From Amoebophrya sp. A120 (lineage: Eukaryota; Protista; Dinoflagellata), in the NCBI GenBank assembly GCA_905178155.1, contig CAJINV010000011.1, positions 2,437,331 through 2,501,330 of the forward strand: a stretch of DNA of 64,000 nt, in the 5' to 3' direction. A model generated the notes under the pieces. That model was given only the letters and a program-made list of their open reading frames with translations. It made no database searches and was not told the DNA's origin. Every line of letters starts with the position of its first letter. Position 1 is the stretch's first letter. This document shows positions 25,001 through 36,298 of the stretch, piece by piece. The translations under genes were made by a program, and so were the position numbers.

Positions 25001-26062
25001 TCGACATACAACAGCAACTTGGACGACATGCAGGACGCTATGGAAGAACAAAACCGAACCTTGAAGAAGATTTACAACAGGTAAAAGTTTATATACCTAG
25101 AAATTTTTGGTCGAGAGTTTGTCATGCATCTTGGTACGAACCGATTCCAGTCGCATTCAGTATAACAGTGTGTCATGGACGAGATGCTCAGGTATTCGTT
25201 TTGCAAACATCACCAAGACTGAAAAATGAAAATGTTAACTTGTTAAACAAAATCAGGCTTTACGACCTGGAGAAGCAGTATTTCCGGCACGATGCCAGCA
25301 AGAAGCCAAAGCGACACGAGGAGGAGGAGGCGGAGGCCCGCGTATCAAATGCAAAAATGTCATGGTCTGGAAGAATGCAAACTTGTGATGCGCATTTTAC
25401 AACCCAGAAAAATCTCTCATGCACAGGCAGCAAAAGCTGGCCACTTTCTGTCACCAGGATGGGGCATTTGTCATGCGGATTCGGCATTGCGGAAGCTTCT
25501 CGAAACCTGTGATGCTAGAGCTTCCATGGCAGGCCTTCTGTGTCATGCAAAAGCAGCATGACTCTTCCAGACCCAGACATTTTTGCATTTGATACCGTGC
25601 GACCAGTGGCAAGCCCGTGAGCATCCTCGGCGCCGTGGCTGCGGCGGGCAGGCACATTGCACAGAGAAGAGGCGCCATGGAGGACGGAGAAGAGGGGGGC
25701 AAGAAGGAAGGCGAGGGGGCCGAGTACTTTTTACTTTTGCTTTTCTTTCATCAAGCCTAGCAACATGGTATGGTGTTTTTTCAAGTTGTTTGTGTAGACG
25801 GCAAATAAACAAAACCCACGATAGAAAATATACACACAAATTTTTAGAAGTAGCTCCTAATTACAGGAAAAACGGAATATAATCGAATAACAGCGGCGTC
25901 CGCAGGAGTAGCCTGGACGCGTTGAAGGGTTTCATGGGCCGCGGAAAGACAGTGAACAATCTCGACGAACATTTTGCGGAACAAGACGAGCAAAATAGTG
26001 GTGAGGGACCCGACCCCGCGGCAACCACCGACAAACCACCACCGCCGCCGGGCGGAAGGTAG
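22060..26062 (+). CDS. Single-domain (6TM) voltage-gated cation channel with two C-terminal EF-hands (start uncertain)
   Basis: Spliced motifs INAVVIGLETD (S1), WNKFDFFL (S3), LRVLRAFRLVRLVKLLR (S4), TLFQVTTGDSW (pore), DTDGSGELSREEF and DADGSGEITIDEF (EF-hands). GT-AG introns 23048-23214, 23355-23533, 23768-23937, 24377-24558, 25081-25256, 25724-25893, plus 4 introners. Confidence 0.9.
22517..22781 (+). mobile_element. Introner family A (A2)
   Basis: TIR tatcgaatgcaaaaatgtctgggtctggaa / ttccagacgcagacacttttgcagttgata; DR tgggt; gives RYWV|TDGEIV. Confidence 0.92.
22849..22998 (+). mobile_element. Introner family B (150 bp) in channel S1
   Basis: TIR tatgcattgcaaaagtatcgtact / agtacgatacttttgcacaggata; DR cgcaa; gives TIAI|NAVVIGLE. 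Confidence 0.92.
24640..24902 (+). mobile_element. Introner family A (A2) in an EF-hand loop
   Basis: TIR tatcaaatgcaaaagtgtctggg / cccagacatttttgcatttgata; DR gcagc; gives DADGS|GEITIDEF. Confidence 0.94.
25343..25594 (+). mobile_element. Introner family A (A1)
   Basis: TIR tatcaaatgcaaaaatgtc / gacatttttgcatttgata; imperfect DR ccgcg/ccgtg; frame stays open after removal. Confidence 0.9.
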
Positions 26063-27499
26063 GTAAAACGCAGTCCGCTGATGGGAAAAATATGCTTCAG
26101 CGACAAGTACGAATGACTGTACTTCATCCGAAATTAAACACTCACTTAAATTCTTCACTTCAGTTAATATCACTTTCACACACACTTTCACTTAAAAATT
26201 GCGTTAATACCAGAAATTGAAATCCAAATCCAAGAAGTTAATCGACTCGAGTATAAGCGGATGCAGAGAAAAAGTTGTAGTTCCAAGTGCTGTCCGCGCT
26301 CGTGAAGTTCGTTCATTGCGCGACAGAGGAGCAGCTTTCGTGCAGCACGAAAATGAAGTGCTGAAACAGTCACACCAGAAACCTGAGTAATCTGTGACTA
26401 TGTGGACACACACTTTTGAAACCTGACACTATGAAATTCCTATGGTAAAAACTATTTCTGCGTGAAGTTGCGTGTGCTAGCTTCCTTGTCGTGATCGGCG
26501 TGACGACACCCTGTGGGCTTTGATTTTACACTATGTATCAACTTGTGCTGCAATCTACAACCAGTGTCATGCCTTTACAATTTGATGAAAATGCTAAATT
26601 TGACAAATGAATTCGCGAAATTAATGTTGTAAGTCAGAGTCAGTCGTCGTTGCGGGAGCCGCAAGAACCGGAACCTATTGCACCTAAGCGAAGAAGCTCA
26701 ACATCGGACATAAGCAATAACAAACAAAAAGAGCCAGTCCGTGGTAATTCGAATTGATCCTGGAGGTTTGGAACTTTAAAACTGGTGCAGCGGTTTGAAT
26801 AAGTATGCTTGCAGTAGAAGAAAATGAACGGCGTCAGCACCACCATTATTTCCGCGGCTAGAGCAAACATAGAGAGGAACAGATAAGAGGTATAGTAGAG
26901 AAGTACAACCCGCCACTCATTTTTCTAGCGCACGTTCTCCCGTCGAGAATCAATTGGGATTTTCGTCTTGAGTGTTGCTTCTATTCGAGTATGGAATTCC
27001 GCTATTCAGTTCAAGTTTCTCGCAAACGGTCCTCGGTCCGCAGCAGACATGACAGACGATAAACACTTGAACTTTGTTGAAACCAGTACTGGACTTCTCA
27101 ATCAATTGTACACAAGAACACTGCACTGGTGTGCTGAAAGTAATAACCTGTAGAACTACTAGTATGAGCACTAGATGACGACGCTGCTATTTTTACCCTC
27201 TTGTACACTTGTCCAAACTACCAAATCGTGGTGTAACCCGTGGTCTGCTGGAGAGGAGTGCGACCTGCTCCGTCCTTATCCGTGAAAATGAACAAACCTC
27301 AAAGATGAACTTTGTCGTGACACCCTGTGATGATGCTTTTTCGTAGTTCTCCGATGAAAGAGCATAGTGAGACAAATTTGAGGAAAAGAAATCCGGAAAA
27401 GTCTTTCGAGTACTTAAATCGAATCACGTCTTTCGGCGTTGAATATCGGCGTGTTTTATTGTTGAGAGGAAAAATTAAAGATGTTGTGGTAAAAGGTCA

Positions 27500-28445
27500 T
27501 CCTATCCCTATCTGTAGTTTTGAATCGTTTCAATGGTCCGCTTGCTTCGCTTGTCGGTTTGCAACTCCTAGTTGATGATGGTAGCATCGCTTCAAGTAGA
27601 GGCAGGATCGATTTCTTTCGCTGCTTCGTTCTCTATCCGCTTTTTCAATGCATTTCGTTTCAAAGGAGTAATCATCCGAGGGGGAGTGCTCCACCTCTTG
27701 AAAACGCAATATGTCTGTCTCGTTGGTTTCTCATTCTCTCATATGCTTCCACTCTTTTCCGTTAAACCGCACGGTCAGTCTGAGTCGCCATCTTATTTGT
27801 TTTTTCGTATAGCCGGGTCTAGTTTTTATGTTATGTTGTCTAGTCTTTGATTTCTCACTACCATCATTCTCAATGCCACGTTTTGGGCTAAAGACTGAGT
27901 GAACCCACTTCGGTGGAGCGGATACTACCGAACGAATCGGACTTGTATCAGAATATAGAATAGTATGCGTGGTCGAGCTCTAGTTCATGAAAAAGTCGGC
28001 TGCACTCTTAAAGTTGCGACACGCCAAGCCCCCGATCAGCGATCAGCGATCAGAATTCCAATCCAAAAAACGGTTCTGTTCTTGTTTTTCAAGTTCTTTA
28101 CAGTCAAGATCTTTGTCTCCCCCCATCCCATCATGTCTCTTCGTCTTAGCTTTCCCCCAGTACTACTAGAGATTTCTCTTCATTCGTTTCCCCGATAAGC
28201 AGAACACGTACAGTCGAGCTCGTCCACCTAGCTGTTTTGCCCTTGCTTCACGTGAGTAAGTACGTCTTTGCGATTAATATGCACTTGGGCACGTCGCCGC
28301 GGCCGTCAGTTGGCAGTAAAAGTCAACACTGCTAGTAGTTCCACAGCGTGGACTTCGGAAACGCAAACGCACTTGAATTCACAAGATGGAGCGTTACCTC
28401 CGCGCCCCGCCTGTGAAGATGGAGCGTTACCTCCTGCCCCTGAAG
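27500..28445 (+). pseudogene. Diverged duplicate of the MFS gene upstream region and first 10 codons (left end approximate)
   Basis: Collinear similarity to about 32410-33003, including agaacacgtacagtcgagctcgtccacctag and cagttggcagtaaaagtcaaca; MERYLRAPPV at 28386, after which similarity stops. Confidence 0.8.
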
Positions 28446-29267
28446 TGCAGCACCTGTAGTTCCACCATCCACACCCTCCAAAAGATGTTTTCCGAAAAAC
28501 GACCTCATATCGCCGCGCTGCGAACTAGAATATCAAAAGACTACAAACGTCGTTAAGTGGTGTCAGAACATAGAACTGCAAAGTAAAACGTTTGTGCTGT
28601 CATCCAGCATTCGGTTTCGCTGTATGAGCATATTCTTACCACCTGGTTGGAATTTTCGGTTTGTTTTTTTTGTTTTTTGTTCTTCGGTTGTGTGTGAGTA
28701 TTTCGTTCAAGTGCTGCACCTGGATTCGGTTACGCCTCATAAGTCGTGATAAAGATGAATAAATCGGGACCGGCCTGTGATCGTCTATACGAGCTGGAAA
28801 ACGACCATGTAAATATGTGGAGCCGCCGCGTTTATGTAGCTCTAGCAAAACATCAAAACACACATCAACAAAGCATCCCATAAATACACACATCAAAACA
28901 CACAAAAGGACCCTTCTCGCCCGATTGCTTTTTGATGAAACTTTAACTTGTAATATTCTCTTTCAAAAGTCATAATTTTGATACCCCTGAGTGATATAAA
29001 TAGATGGGAAGTAGACCCAAGAAATTGAAAAAAGAAACTGCATCTTTTCAAAGTAGTCGCAAGAACTTACAGATGAACAAGATGTGTCTGGATAGTCTAC
29101 AACTATAGTTAACGGTAAGCTGGTCGTGCTCCTTATTCTCGTCGTCATTGTATTTCCAAAGAAAAAATTGAAATTTTGCTGATAACAAGTCCCTTCACTG
29201 TACTGCCTGGCTCAGCCAGCACGAAGACGGCAAATCTTTTGCCGAAAACGCCGCAAGTATCAGCATC

Positions 29268-31589
29268 ATGCTGCGACGAAAGGCAGCTGCGCGCGGGTTG
29301 TTGCTGGGATCGTGGTCCGCTTCTGTTTTCAGGGTGGGTGGCATCGGTATGAAAAGTAGAGTACACAACTTCATCCCCACGTCGTGCCCCCAGTTGCATG
29401 TTACTGATGGTTCCTTTCACAGCAAAAACAAAAGTGCCAGTAATGGTAAAGATGCAGGAGCTCCTGATGTGCTCCGTCGTGCGACAAAAGATCGCGACAA
29501 GAGGCACTTATTCTGTTATTTCGGAATTATTTTCCGGATCGCCCTGCTCCTTTCAAGCGAGCAGAGCCAAGAACAGCGAGAAAAAGTGTGACAATTCGAT
29601 ATTTATGTGCATGACGAAGGCTGAGGGGAAGTACAAAGGGAGGAAATTTTTGTGCACTCCGATAGAAGAAGCGGTGGACCACAGCACCAACTCGAACAAG
29701 GCACCTCGTCTCGTTCTTTTTGATCCAAATAAGAAGGGTCGTGATTCTATGGGTGGCAATTCCTGTCCTGTAAGGCGCTCTCAAACTCGTTAAGTACTAC
29801 ACTCTCAACTGTTGTTACATGAATTGCGATGCAAAACTAGCAAAAGTCGTGCAGGGAGGGAGCCTGATGCGTCGTGTCCCGCATAAATTTGGCACAGATT
29901 TACTTGTTCCCATGCCGTTTAATGGCGCTTCAATAATTTTTTTGTCATGCCAACTGGCGTCTTGATTGTGCGGAGGCTGATCTGGTAACCAAAGCGTGCG
30001 CAAGCGCTCGCAAGAGCGCTTTGCGCGCGGGCTTGCCCGCGCGCAAAGCGCTCTTTGCGAGATGCTCATCCATCGCAAACGCAGCGCGAAGGCTTTGCCG
30101 TTACCATATGGGAGGAACTCGGGGGTATGCAATCACTGGAAAAATCGGGCATTACGAAGTGTGTTTTGCCTTCAGAAAGCGGATCGGGCAGAATTGCTGG
30201 GAATTTTCCGGAAAGCAGCCAAAACAGCAATTGCCAAGCGGGGAAGGGGTAAAAAAGAGCATTTTTGCAGCTCCGCCCAGTCTGAATCTGAAAAAAGAGA
30301 ATGGCACTTTCGGCTGGGGCCGATGGTGTGATGCGTTTTATAGCGGAAAATGCGTCGCGTCCGGGCAGCTCCAGCCGCTTTAAAATTGAAAAAAAACGTT
30401 GAAAAAATGCAATTTTTCGCAGCATGCAAGCGGGCGAGAAAATTTACCGATTTTCTCCAGTCCCCGGAAAACGCTTGGAAATTGAAAATGACAACTTTTT
30501 CTGAAAAAGCAAAAACCGCTTAGAAATTGCCGCTCAAAAGGGGTTCGCAAAATTTTCCGCAGGCCCGTGCCACCGGGATTGGACGAGAAAAAAACAACTG
30601 TCAAGCCTGTGGAGGTGTGTCACACGGGCACGGTTTTCGACCTCTCTGAGGTCGCAAATTGGAACCCTTGCCCCGCTTGGAAAAGCCCGATCTGGGTGGC
30701 CCGAAAGGGCAGCCGGAAATGAACAGAACTGCGTTACTTTTGTAATTTGCGTATTTTTCCGGGCCAGCGTGCCCTCGTGCATAACGTTATGCACGACGGG
30801 GCGATGCTCGTTGAAAAACGCATTCTTTTGCGCGCCCTTGCTTCCTGGTTAGAGGATGAGAGCGCGGCCCGAAGCGGGCTGCAGTGTTGGACCGCGGCCC
30901 TTCGCACTGTAGCGGTAGCCTTCGCACTGTAGCGGTAGCCCCTTCGGATGCGCGGTAGCCTTCGCACTGACTGGGGTGGTTCGCACGCTTTTGGTTACCA
31001 ATATCGCCCTCCGGGCGCGACCTTAATAGGTTTTTTTGCACGACAAATTGTGATGCATTAACAGTTGTTGACTACAGTGTAGTAACCTTTGAGACCACTG
31101 TCATATCCTGGTTGCTGGGATTGTAAGTATGATTCTGGATGCGGACCGAAAACGACGTGCAAGGAGCTGTCTCTGCACATGAAGGAATCGAAGACACCGG
31201 AGGATTTGGGGATGAGCCATGACCAGTGGGCGGAATCACTGTGTGAACGGGCCGGCGAAGGCTTACAATACATGCACTACTCCGACACGAAGGTCCTGAT
31301 CAACGAGAACAACCCGGATTGGATGTTGAATGACAAGACCCTCGCGGAAAAATGCTGCACGAAGCCGTTTATGGTGCTTATGCATTGCAAAAGCTATGTA
31401 TCCAATACAACTATCAGTGATCGCATCTTCTTTGATGTCACAAATTTCGCCAGAAGGGGAAATGAAAGTTAACTTTACAAAAAAGTAGATTTGTCCTGCA
31501 TGATTAGTACGAATACGATACTTTTGCAGTGGATAGTACCCGCCGCCCGATCCACCTCTGCGTCCAGTACCTCCTTTTTGCAAGCATAA
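29268..31589 (+). CDS. Cysteine-rich protein of unknown function; 5' exon structure uncertain, last exons about 31089-31378 and 31541-31589
   Basis: Cys-rich ORF 31089 continues after introner removal to ...TSFLQA*. Upstream Cys-containing ORF has a donor near 29770; linkage of the upstream exons is inferred. Confidence 0.45.
29978..31029 (+). mobile_element. Helitron2/Helentron-like element, family H1 copy 2
   Basis: Same termini as 8181-9351 (tgatctggtaacc ... gggcgcgaccttaatag); different internal segment with tandem ccttcgcactgtagcggtag at about 30899-30969. Confidence 0.7.
31379..31535 (+). mobile_element. Introner family B, diverged
   Basis: tatgcattgcaaaag / tacgatacttttgcagtggata; degenerate DR gtgct/gtacc. 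Confidence 0.8.
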
Positions 31590-32971
31590 ATGAGTTTGCA
31601 CGGTAACAAGATGAACAACTGGAACCGCACTGAAAAAGTTCTTGAACTGCTTGAAAATAAACTTCCTGAATTGCTGCGACGTAGTACAACTAGCAGCCCG
31701 GCGCCGACCCAACGTCATCTACTTCACCAGTGCTCATCTCTCCTCCTTACAATTCAGAGCCACGTACGTCTTTTTCATCATCATTCGCATCATTCAAGAT
31801 TGAGCGACCACGTAGTGCTTCTTCATTTTCAACACCTAGGTGAAGATGAGCGTCAACGTACAATACCTTTCTAGTTTCTGAAAAGTTACGTAAAAATCCG
31901 TAAAAATCAATGGCGATTTGTTGTTCCGTATTAAGATTGTTCAATATAATCAGGAGAGCAGGTTTAATAGCAGTAGACCACGACATCACCGACATCGGCA
32001 CTGACTCTTTTCGTATGAACCTTGTGAATCTTTGTTTTGATGCAGTAAATTAATTATAATTTCATCTTCATTATTATTACAACTAACGAAGTTTGTCGCT
32101 TGTTTCAGAAGTCTTTCTCGATTCTCGTCGCGTTGGTTCTTCTGATGTGGTTGTCCGCCTTCTACACCTCTTAGTGGGGTTGAGGGCTTCAAATATTGAA
32201 GCATATCTAGGACTACATGTGACGACGACGAGAGAGGTCATCGACAACGAACAAGGCAGCTGATTGCTATAATTTTTGGTGCTATAATCCGTGCAATGGT
32301 GTTGTTCAGCAGCCAAGTTGTCAATGCGCTTAACTTGTTTTGTTATCTAGGGCATGATGTTTTGAGAGAGAAAATGAAAGAACTTCAACGTGTTTTAGAA
32401 AAATTACATTTCATCTGTTTTGAATCGTTTATTTCATGGTCCGTTTTCTTCGCTTTTCGGTGTGCAAATCCTAAATGCTAGCATCGGTTTAGTAGGCAGC
32501 AGGCGCTCTTGGTCTTCGACTGCTTCGTTCTTCGCCGTAATTTTCAGTGCATTTCGTATCAATGCCGAGGGGGAGTGCAGCTTCGCCTCTTGAAAATCTC
32601 TCGTTTGTCCTCTCACATGCTTGTTCTTCTGCTTTTCTCGTTAAATCACAGGCTTCTGTTCTTGTTTTTGAACCTCATATGAGCCAACAAGATCTCCGTT
32701 GTTTGTTCTCCACGATACCCCTTCCTCTTTTTCCCCAGTAGATAGTCCCCTTCATTTCTCGTTTTCCCGAGAAGAAAGTAGAACACGTACAGTCGAGCTC
32801 GTCCACCTAGTTTCTTTTGCTCTTCACGTGCGTACTTAAGTACGTCATGGCGATTATGCATGACTCGGGAACGCCGCGGCCGGCAGTTGGCAGTAAAAGT
32901 CAACAGTGCTAGATCCACAGTGCGGAGTTTGAAAAAGCAAGCGCCGCATCCGCACTCGATTTCAACACAAT

Positions 32972-35871
32972 ATGGAGCGCTACCTCCGCGCCCCGCCTGT
33001 GACGAAGTCCGGCGGTGTGAAGGGGCGGTATACCCAAGCGAGCGGCTACGAAATAAGCGATCATCACTCTAAGGAAATAGGACACATAACACCGACGGGA
33101 GGAGGGCTAAATGACGGCGTTTCCTCCGCGGACACCGCTTCGAATTCCACCTCTTCAACTGCCGCGTCAACCGCTAGCAAGAAGGTATTTTCCGGTGCGG
33201 CGCGGAGCCCCGACGTCGTGTATGGCGCTCGCGGGGCTAATGCTCGCGGTGGGACAACATCAAGCAAAGAAACAAGCGTTACGCAACTCTCCTCCAAGGG
33301 AAGTGCGATAGTACAGTCCGCCGCTTTGATGTCCTCGCGGGACTTGCAGAAGTGGAAGCCGGTTATCGACCCGAAAATCCTGATCATGCTGGTGAACATG
33401 GTGGACTCCGCCGACATGTCTCTCATTGCCTCCTGCATGAAGGCGTTCGAGCGAGATTTCGGGTTTCGCCCGAGCGATTTGGGGATCTTGGGTCTCTGTC
33501 AGGCCGCGAGCTTTTCCTTGACCTTACCTATTTGGGGCGCGGCGTTGCCGAAGTACGGGTGTCGGACGCTGTTGTCACTCGCCTGCTGGGTCTGGATGAT
33601 CACCACTTTCTTAACGCCGATGGGACACACGCTCGGTATCTATGTAGTAATGAAGATCAACATCTGTTCTTGTTCACATGATTAATATTTTAGTGTAGAA
33701 GTTTGGACGAGGTGGTCGTTCTTTCAGTGTAGTCCTTCGATCTTGGCAGCTATAGTTTTCTGAGGAAGGGGACCCAGCTGAAAAAAAAAACAACAAAACA
33801 GCGATGCAAGCCTGCCTGCGTATCCTGAACGGCGCGGCGCTGAGCGGGGTGATGCCGGTTTCCCAAGCGGTGCTCGCCGACATTGTGGACGAAGACCAGC
33901 GGGGCCAGGCTTTTGGCTGGGTCGGCGCGTTGCACTCGGTTGCAAAAGTGATTGTCACGTACTACGTCCTGGCGATGGGGGAAAACTGGGCGCAGTGCTT
34001 CTACCTGGTTGGTTTCGCCACCTTCTTGCTAATCATCCTGCTTTACACGCAACTACCCGACTCGTACGGGAAGCAAACGCAGATGGTGGACAGTGTCACC
34101 GGGGAACCCATCAGTTTCGGCGAGCAGGCGATCCGGGCCGCGAAACGAATTTTGCAGATACCCTCCTTCATGGTTTTAGTTGCGCAGGGGGTGGTTGGCG
34201 GAACGCCCTGGCAGGCGATGTCGTTTCTGAACATGTACTGGCTGACCCTCGGGTTCTCCAACACGGAAGCGGCGACCATCGCGGCCGTGATTAATTCCGG
34301 CGGGATCCTGGGTTGCCTGTTGGGCGGCACCATGGGCGATTTTTTTGCCCGGAATGTTTCCTCTGACCGGGGGCGCGTCATGGTTGCGCAGTTGTCGGTA
34401 TTATTAGGGATTCCCTGCTGGTGCGCGATGCTGAGCAGCACGCTGGTGGACGGCAGTTCTGTGTTCATGGCCTGCCTGTGTGGCTTTTCCTTCTACCTGC
34501 TCGCCACGTGGTGCAGTTTCGCCGCCAACCGGCCGATCTGCACGGAATTGGTGTCCTCCTCCGCCGACCGGGCGCAGATCGTGGGTTATTGGGAGGAAAA
34601 ATCCCCCCTCCCCATATCGAAAAGGTATGTTTCCGAAAATTTGTGTTGCTGATTTGTGACCACAGATCAGGTTTGTCTTGTAGGAAGACAAGTGCAGAGG
34701 CATCCGCCCAATTGTGGAAGCGATTTGGCGTGCTGTTGGTCCTAGAGCAGGGTAGCCGTTTGCAATGCTGAACAACTAGACCTGAGCGCTCCAACCTAGG
34801 CTGCGGATCTGGCCGCAGTGCCTTACTGCAAGACAGGTCGGATTTGTGTACGCAAATCAGCATCAGAAATTTTCATTTTGATATCGGGAGGGGGGATTTT
34901 TCGTTTTGATATGGGCTTGTGGGTGCTCATCGAGGGCACGTTTGGTGCTTTGTTCGGTGCTATCAAGTGCAAAAATGTCTGGGTCTGGAAGGATGTAACC
35001 TGTGATGCGCATTTCAGAACACGCAAAAATCTCTCATGCATGGGTAGCAAAAGCTGCCCACTTTCTGTCACCAAAATGGGGGATTTGTCATGCGGGTTCG
35101 GCATTGCGGAAGCTTCTCGAAACCTGTGATGCTAGAGCTTCCATGCCAGACCTTCCGTGTCATGCAGAAACAGCATGACTCTTCCAGACCCAGACATTTT
35201 TACATTTGATAGGTGCGCCGGTTGTTGGGTTTGTGTCGGAGGCGTTTGGCTACCGTTTGTCGAAAGACGTCCTCTATCAAATGCAAATATGTCTGGGTCT
35301 GGCAGAATGCAGATTTCTGTCATGCTGTTTTTGCATGACACAGAAGGTCTGTCATGGATGCTCTAGCATCACAGATTTTGAGAACTTTTCGCAATTCCCA
35401 ATCCGCATGACAAATCCTCCTTTTTGGTGACAGGAAGTTGGCACCTTTTGCTGCCTATGCATGAGAGATTTGTGTGTGTTGTGAAATTAATGCGCGTCAC
35501 AAATTCGCGTCCTTCCAGACCCAGACATATTTGCAATGCATATTCTTGCATCCGGCCACAGTGCGACTGCCGCGGAGACGAGCGCGTACAACCAGCAGGA
35601 AAAGAAGAACGCGGCAGCATTATCCTCCGCATTGACAGGATTAGGCGTGATCTGCTGGACCTTGTGCTTACTGATCTGGTCGGTGATGTACCTCACTTTT
35701 CCGGCGGATCGCGCGAACGCGAGGAGGCTAGAGCAGGAAGAGAGGCGGCGGCAGGAGGAGGAGCTGGGCATAGAGGGCGACGAGCTCGGGATGCCATTAG
35801 ATTTCGACACCGGGACGGGAGATGAAGACGCGCACGAAACCAGGCCTCTGGGGGCGGGGAATAGGCACTGA
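32972..35871 (+). CDS. Major facilitator superfamily transporter (spinster-like)
   Basis: Multiple TM helices; VDSADMSLI, LADIVDEDQRGQAFG, VAQGVVGGTPW. GT-AG intron 33636-33801 plus 3 introners; spliced 3' part reads IVGLWVLIEGTFGALFGAPVVGFVSEAFGY. Confidence 0.88.
34587..34911. mobile_element. Introner family C (325 bp)
   Basis: Long imperfect TIR tattgggaggaaaaatcccccctccccatatc / gatatcgggaggggggatttttcgttttgata; DR tgggt/tgggc; frame restored. Confidence 0.88.
34961..35211 (+). mobile_element. Introner family A (A1)
   Basis: TIRs as family A; DR ggtgc; gives FGA|PVVG. Confidence 0.93.
35275..35542 (-). mobile_element. Introner family A (A1), inverted relative to the other copies
   Basis: Interior is the reverse complement of 34961-35211 (e.g. 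ctctagcatcacag vs ctgtgatgctagag); DR tcctc/ttctt; gives KDVL|ASGHS. Confidence 0.9.
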
Positions 35872-36298
35872 GAATATATTCTCTGTATCTATAGCAGTTT
35901 GAAGATGCTTGGATACTACAGTCAGAATTTTCCCAGAGCTTTCATCTCTCAAGCGTCGTTGTGTAAGTATACTCGCTTCTGAAAGAAACGGTCGTTTTCA
36001 CCGATGAAGCGTGCGCTTCGTCTGTCGATGAAAATATTTCTAAGAAAAGAATAGAATTTCATATTGTTGCGCGGCCATTTTTCGCAAAAAGCTGCTCACA
36101 GCAACGGTGATATCGAAAAGCCATATGTTATATTGCTTCGCTTTGACACGACTTTTTGAAGGAAGCAGCATTGTGTTCGTTTGTCGCACGACTTTTTTTT
36201 GTTCGCTCCGGAACGACGTTTTTGCAAGTGAGACACTTCAAATTATTGTTCCCGAAGCGGTTCCGTTTTGACTTTTTCTCTATCGAGATCACGTGATC

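Noticed and set aside
22849-34911. Introner lengths as nucleosome multiples (about 150, about 310-325)
   Set aside because: The largest family (about 250-270 bp) does not fit, and the sample is small.
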